DNA from: Chloroflexota bacterium
Lineage (GTDB): Bacteria > Chloroflexota > Chloroflexia > QHBQ01
Length of the DNA stretch: 52,796 nt
Assembly: GCA_043754535.1 (NCBI GenBank)
Contig: JAYUUN010000029.1
Coordinates: forward strand, 1 to 52,796
Reading direction: 5' to 3'
This document shows, piece after piece, positions 47,119 through 52,796 of this stretch. The notes under the pieces were generated by a model. The model had not been told where the DNA came from, made no database searches, and saw only the letters and a list, made by a program, of their open reading frames with translations. Each line of letters begins with the position of its first letter. Within the stretch, counting starts at the first letter, position 1. A program made the position numbers and the translations under genes.

Positions 47119-50100
47119 CTAGGGAGTAACGGTCGGGGTGGTGTAGTAGGATGGTACGTTGTAGTTGATGCAGTTGCTAATCACCTTCGCCATCTCTCCA
47201 CGCCGAATGCTAGCATTTGGCCGGAAGCATTGCGGGCCTGAGCCGGGGTAGGGAGTGGGAGTGCCAGGGCCGACGGTGGTGCAGGGTGCGCCGCTGACTA
47301 CCCCGATCAGCGAGAGGGTGTTGATCGCCGTGTAGAACGGGTTGTCGGTCGGCACGTCGGTGTAGACGGGGCCGTAGCTAGGGGTGAGATCAGGATACTG
47401 GCGAGCCAGCTTGATCACCTTCGCCACCTGACCGCGAGTGATCTCTGCCCCAGGGCGGAAGCCGCCGCCAGGGAAGCCAGCCATCAACTCGGCGTGGGCT
47501 GCTGCCTCGATGTAAGGATAAAAGATGTAGCTGCTCGGCACGTCGTTGAAGGTTTGTACCGTCGGGGTGTAGGGTGCGACGTTGAAGGAGCGCACCGCAA
47601 TCTTGGCGAATTGACCTCGCGTGGTGTAGCCGTTAGGCTGGAACAGGTAGCTGCCCACCCCACCAGCCGGGTAGCCGTCTACCACGCTGCGGCAGACGAG
47701 GAAGGTGATCGGGTCGTGGAAGATGTTCTCCTCTGGCACGTCCAGGAAGCCCCGCGTGCAGTTGTTTGGCCCACCAATCTCCACCACATCGTTGTCCACC
47801 GCCCGCGCCTCAGCATCGTAGTAGTACCCAGTGTAAACGTTGACTAGGTTTGGTATGGTGAGGCCATTGGTAGCGGTCAGGTTTACCGCCAGGGTGAGGC
47901 TGACGCTGAAGCTCTGGCCGGGCAGGAACTGGGTGGGCGTAAGCGCGTCGTTGAGGAAGAAGTTTACGAAGCCGGGGTAGCGATAGCCGTAGCTGAAGTA
48001 GGGGGGGGTGTAGGTGCAATGGGCGTTTGGCAAGCCAACGCTGCAACTCTGGTAGGTTGTGTTGAAGGGCAGGCGATCTTCCAGCCCTATAGTGGTGCGG
48101 TTCACTGCTACGATGCCCGTGTTGGTGGTGGCGATGGTGTAGGTCAGCGTCTGGCCGGGGCTGACGTAGCGCACACCGTCCGACTTGCCGACTGCGAAGC
48201 TGGGCGGGATCACGATCTGGTCAACGTCGGTTGCCTCTGGCGAGGTCAGCAGATCGCCACCGCCACCAGCAGCAGTGCGGTAGCCAGCAGCCAGGCGGTT
48301 GGTCAGGGTGAGATTGGTGAGGTCGGTGGGGGTAATGACCGTGCCACCCAGTAGCACGTAGCCGCCGCCCAGTTGTCCTACTGTGCTGCTGATATTAAAG
48401 CTGGCCGTGGGGCTGCCATTGAAGCTGCCCACAGTGCAGGTGCCGAGGCCACGGGTGTTGCAGACGGTGTTGGTGAGGAAGGTCGGTAGCGAGTCCAGCA
48501 GCGTGGTGCTGTAGGCTGGCGCGCCGCCAATGTTGGTGTAAGCGAGGGTGTAGGTGATGCGCTCGTTGGGGCGCACCATGTATGTATCGTCGCTCTTGTC
48601 TACCAGCAGGATCGGCAGGTTTGGCACGCGCAGGCTGTCCACATCGGTAGCGGTGGCAAGGCTGAGATAGTGGTACTTCTCCTCGTTGGAGAACAGCCAG
48701 GTGGTGTTGGTCAGCAATGCCGTTGTGCTTAGGAAGTAGCCAGCCCGCAGGCTGATAGTGACCGTGTTCACCTCACCCACCCGCAGTGGCGGACGCTGGG
48801 TGAAGTAGACAGCATTGCTGTAGCCGTATGGGTCGCTCTGGCAGATGTAGACGTTGCCAGTGCGGTCGCTGCACCCAATGAAGGTGCTGTTGGTCGGCAG
48901 GTAGCTGGTAATGCCCAGGTTGTTGACGGTAGCGGTGTCGTAGTTGGCATAGCTGATCGTGTAGGTGTAAAGCTGGCCGCGCTGCACTTCGGTCAGCCCA
49001 TCGGTGACCGTGATGGCGACCAGGGGCGGGATCAGCACTGCGTCCACGTCGGTCGCCTCGACGGGGGCGTAGGGGGTTGGCTCACTAGGCCGTAGGTTGA
49101 CCAACATAGAGTTGGTGGTCAGCGAACCAGTAGTGATCGTGGTAGCAACCCGCCCGGTCAGGGTCACGTTCTGATAGTTGCTGAGCGGGTTGCCACTAAC
49201 GGTGTAGACCGCTTGTCCACCGCTGATCGTGCAGGTGTTGCCTACGCCCGCATCGTAGCCCGCCCCGGTGATCTGGTTGGGGATGGTATCGGTGAAGATT
49301 ATGCTGCCGCTTCTTGGCTGCTGCAACAATTCAGCGTGCAGGGTGTAGGTGACTTGCTGGCCCGGCTGCACGAAGTTCTGACCGTCGGACTTCTGCGGGG
49401 TGAGTGGAGCCTCTGGCAAGCAGCCACCAGGGGTGTAGGCCACCGCACTGTTGCTCAGGCTGTTCGTACCAGTGCCAGTGGTATAGCTGTACTGGTAGGC
49501 CTGCTGTGGGTTGTCGTAGACATAGTGGGAGAGACCAGCCACCGCGCCGCCTCGATAGTTGCCCGCGTCAACAGTACCATAGTTGACAGTGATCAGGTTC
49601 GTTCCCTCCTCCAGCACGATCTCGACACTGGCCTGGCCTGTGCTATGCAGACTGAAGGGGCGTGCGGCCTTGCCTGCCTGGGCCTGCACCCGCTCGCTGG
49701 TGGTGCCGTTGAAGAAGCCAACGTTGCGCCACTCGACTACGAACTTGCGGTTGGGGGCGGTACCAACCACGTCGGTATAAATCCCTCCGCTGGTTCGCAA
49801 GTCCAGGTCGGCCCAGAGGCCGAAGATCGCGTCGCCCGGTGCGCCCTGGTAGGGGATCGGCTGCTGGGGCCAGTTGAAGGTCTGGCCGTAGGAGCCAAAC
49901 TGCAAGAAGCCATTGGTCAGGATGCTGATGGTACCACTGACCGGGATGGTGGTACAGTCAAAGTAGTTGAAGCTGAGGGGCAAGGTGGTGCTGATTACGC
50001 CCTCATCCCCGTCGCCGCGTAGGGCGGCCAGGTTGATCGGCTGGGTGGCGGTAATGTAGTTGCGGGTAGTAGGGCCTCAGGAGTAGCCGTTGACTGGCGG

Positions 50101-50235
50101 CGTACCACCCGCGCAGGTGTCGTTGATGCGGTTGGCGGTGGCTGCCCCACCACTCAACACTAGCACGGCGAATAGGCCGCCGAGCAGTAGTAGCCCCAGA
50201 CTGTAACCGATGATCCTCTTGGTTCTCTCTAGCAT
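47119..50235 (-). CDS. Secreted surface protein (signal peptide, beta-rich domain, 4 DUF11-like repeats, 3 SLH-like repeats) interrupted by an in-frame TGA at codon 53
   Basis: ATG at 50235 after AGAGGGG gives MLERTKRIIGYSLGLLLLGGLFAVLVLSGGAATA..GYS*GPTT, in frame with ORF 47119-49983; (K/V)(S/T)D...(P/R)(G/N)..TYT repeats; FLDVP/FNDVP/YTDVP with TRGQ/RRGE SLH motifs. Confidence 0.85.
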
Positions 50236-50610
50236 GAGCTTGTTCCCCTCTATGACGGTCGCCTCTCCGTGCCGCCGTCAACTTGTGGCAGCCCATCCAG
50301 GTTGCCTGCCTGTAGAACGTAGCATGAGGAGCAAGGTTGCAGCCTTCTCGCCACAAAATGATGATGATATTTACAGTCCAGGCTGATACCCGCTGGTACT
50401 TGCTTTGCTTTGAGGTGTAGTGCGCGAGCCAGCGTACTACAACTACATAAAGGCTTGAAGGGGTAGTGTCGAAATGTTTAGTGACCGGAAGATGCCAGTA
50501 GTAGCATGAGTGGCAGCAGCTAGCCCGCAGCCCAGAACCAGGCAGCAGCAGGCGGGCCAGCTAATAGGCTGCTTGCTGTCATCCCCTTTTGGCCTCAACC
50601 CGCTCGTTTT

Positions 50611-50619
50611 TGGTATAAT
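50611..50619 (+). promoter_or_regulatory. Extended -10 promoter for recG
   Basis: Exact TGGTATAAT about 75 nt upstream of the start. Confidence 0.55.
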
Positions 50620-50695
50620 AGGCTAGTGCGCCGCGATCCACCAGCCGGTTTGTGGTGCTTAGAGCAGCTAGATTCAGGGGAGGGTGAAGGTATTG

Positions 50696-52796
50696 GTGGC
50701 GAACGCGAACAACCAGACGATTGCGATGCTGCGAAATGTCCTCGACATGGAGGCACACCGCAACTACCAGGACACGGCGGTGGCTGGCGGCCTACACCGC
50801 TTCAGCGAGTCATGGAGCAGGCAGGCGCGCCTCTCCCTCTCTGCCAGCAGTAGCAATGCGGGCAACCTGATCGACGAGATCATGGTCTGCCTGCACAACT
50901 ACCAGGTCTACCAGGCCGAGGCGCGCAAGGCAAAGATCAGCCGCGCCCTTGCCCTGCTCGACCGGCTGGCGGGTGGCACTGGTACCCCTACGCCACCCAG
51001 CCCTGTTGCCCCCGCCCTGCGCCCCACCCTCGGCACGCCCAGTACGCCCCCCAAACCGCTGCCCAAACTCCGCGCCAACAGCATGGAGGAAGGTGACGAT
51101 AGCCAGCCGCCAGCCGCCAGCCTCCCGCAAGCCAGCGCAGCCGAACTGCTGATCGGCCAGGAGCGGCGCAAGCCCTACTACACCATTCCCACTATGCCGA
51201 CCCTAGAGGAGCGGGTTGGGCGCAGCGGCGAGTTGCCTGCCCCACCCCGTGCGCTGGTGGAGGAGCGCACAGCCAGAACTGCCGCAGATACCGCTTTGTC
51301 CTCTACCCTCAGCCCGGACTCGCTTGATGCCCCGATCACCCGCCTCAAGGGGGCGAGCGAGAAGGTAGCCGCCCTGTTCGAGCATCTGGGGGTGCAGACG
51401 ATCCGCGAGATGATCTACTTCTTCCCCCGCCGCCACGATGACTTTAGCCAACTACACCGCATCCACGACCTTAGCTACGGCGCATTGGAGACGGTGATCG
51501 GCACCGTGCGTGACACCTTCGACCAGCCGACCAAGCGCGGCTTCACCCTCTTTCGCGCCACCATCGAAGACGAGACTGGCAGCATCAGCGTTACCTGGTT
51601 TAACCAACGCTGGCTGGCCCGCAGCCTCTACCCCGGTAAGAAGGTGGTGATCAGCGGCAAGGTGGACGAGTACAACGGGCGGCTGACCTTCAACTCGCCC
51701 GCCTGGGAGGAGTACACCACAGAGCTAACCCACACGGGCCGCCTGGTGCCGGTCTACCCGCTGACGGAGGGGCTGACCCCGCAGAACGCCCGCCGCCTGG
51801 TCAAGCAAGCCCTGGACAACTACCTGCCGCTGATCGAGGACTTCCTGCCCGCCGACCTGCTCAAGCGCACCGAGTTGATGCCTCTGCGCGAGGCGATCAT
51901 GCAGGCCCACTTCCCCGCTGATCAGGCCCAGCTAGCCCGCGCCCACAAGCGGTTGGCCTTCGACGAGTTCCTGCTCATCCAGTTGGGGATGCAACTGCGG
52001 CGCAAGGAGTGGCAGGAGGATCAGCCGGGCAACGCGATCCAGCCAGACAGGGCGATCCTCGACCAGTGGATCGCTGACCTTGGCCTGCTGCTGACTGGCA
52101 GTGCGGAGAAGGCCGCGTCGTTCAACCTCACTGGCGCGCAGAAGCGGGCGATTGACGACATCCTGGCGGACATGGCGAACCCGCTGCCTATGTCGCGGAT
52201 GTTGCAGGGCGATGTGGGCAGCGGTAAGACGCTGGTGGCGGCAATCGCCATGGCGGCAGCCCTGACTGGCGGTTACCAGGCGGTGATCATGGCTCCCACC
52301 GAAATCCTAGCCGAGCAGCACTACCGCACCTTCAGCCGTATCTTCGCCGGGTTGCGCCTGCCTACCCCAGAAGGAACGCTGCGGATCGAGAAGCAGGTGG
52401 TGGACGGCCAAACTAGACTGGGTGAGTTGGTTGAGGGTGGGGGCCGCCAGCCCGAAGTGCGGATGTTGAGCGGCCGGCTAAAGGTGAAGGAGAAGCGCAA
52501 GGTCTACCAGGAGGCAGCGGCTGGCACCGCAGACATAGTGATCGGCACCCACGCCTTGATCCAGGAGAAGTTGGAGTTTGCCAACCTCGGCGTGGTGGTG
52601 ATCGATGAGCAGCACCGCTTCGGCGTGTTGCAGCGCAACGCCCTGCGCCAGAAGGGACATAACCCTGACACCCTGGTGATGACCGCTACCCCGATCCCCC
52701 GCTCCCTGGCCCTGACGATGTATGGCGACCTGGATGTGGGGGTGATCGATGAGAAGCCAGTGGGCCGCCTACCGATCAAGACCAAGTGGCTGGCCC
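50696..52796 (+). CDS. recG: ATP-dependent DNA helicase RecG, 3'-truncated by the window (not in ORF track)
   Basis: Manual translation: FFPRRHDD, WFNQ, PVYPLTEG, RLAFDEF, LQGDVGSGKT, MAPTEILAEQH, IGTHAL, IDEQHRFG, MTATPIPRSL; start uncertain (50684-50696). Confidence 0.96.
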   Translation, partial: MANANNQTIAMLRNVLDMEAHRNYQDTAVAGGLHRFSESWSRQARLSLSASSSNAGNLIDEIMVCLHNYQVYQAEARKAKISRALALLDRLAGGTGTPTPPSPVAPALRPTLGTPSTPPKPLPKLRANSMEEGDDSQPPAASLPQASAAELLIGQERRKPYYTIPTMPTLEERVGRSGELPAPPRALVEERTARTAADTALSSTLSPDSLDAPITRLKGASEKVAALFEHLGVQTIREMIYFFPRRHDDFSQLHRIHDLSYGALETVIGTVRDTFDQPTKRGFTLFRATIEDETGSISVTWFNQRWLARSLYPGKKVVISGKVDEYNGRLTFNSPAWEEYTTELTHTGRLVPVYPLTEGLTPQNARRLVKQALDNYLPLIEDFLPADLLKRTELMPLREAIMQAHFPADQAQLARAHKRLAFDEFLLIQLGMQLRRKEWQEDQPGNAIQPDRAILDQWIADLGLLLTGSAEKAASFNLTGAQKRAIDDILADMANPLPMSRMLQGDVGSGKTLVAAIAMAAALTGGYQAVIMAPTEILAEQHYRTFSRIFAGLRLPTPEGTLRIEKQVVDGQTRLGELVEGGGRQPEVRMLSGRLKVKEKRKVYQEAAAGTADIVIGTHALIQEKLEFANLGVVVIDEQHRFGVLQRNALRQKGHNPDTLVMTATPIPRSLALTMYGDLDVGVIDEKPVGRLPIKTKWLA

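Noticed and set aside
50240..50610. Riboswitch (for example c-di-GMP) in the long SLH/recG intergenic region
   Set aside because: Some hairpins are present but I could not match any riboswitch consensus on either strand.

Overview
GC-rich bacterial chromosomal segment, most likely Chloroflexota (inferred from the RecG N-terminal extension, an 'RTD..V..G...RS.YWGP..VQYFDKSRME' secreted domain, Thr/Pro-rich surface proteins and an SLH/DUF11 protein). Order: 3' end of a Thr/Pro-rich beta/gamma-crystallin protein, Ser/Thr kinase, APH-like kinase, secA, a complete 14-gene complex I cluster (nuoA-N), secreted protein, chrA, rnhB, rplS, lepB, DUF151 nuclease, a SAM-I riboswitch-controlled PLP enzyme/JAB/Ubl-E1-rhodanese operon, tkt-tal-pgi, an orphan Flp pilin, aspS, an SLH surface protein with an in-frame TGA, and the 5' part of recG. 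The nuo cluster is interrupted at five junctions. The most striking insert is a tandem array of six diverged paralogous ~130-157 aa all-helical domains (RsbR-N/non-heme globin-like by inference) between nuoH and nuoI. Other inserts are an unannotated 53-aa membrane peptide, an AlkZ-like glycosylase plus methyltransferase remnant plus tRNA-Lys, an antisense zinc-ribbon gene and a probable nucleotidyltransferase remnant. A signal-peptide-like uORF sits upstream of secA in a SecM-like position. No CRISPR array, integrase or transposase was seen. All calls come from manual reading; no database searches were run.
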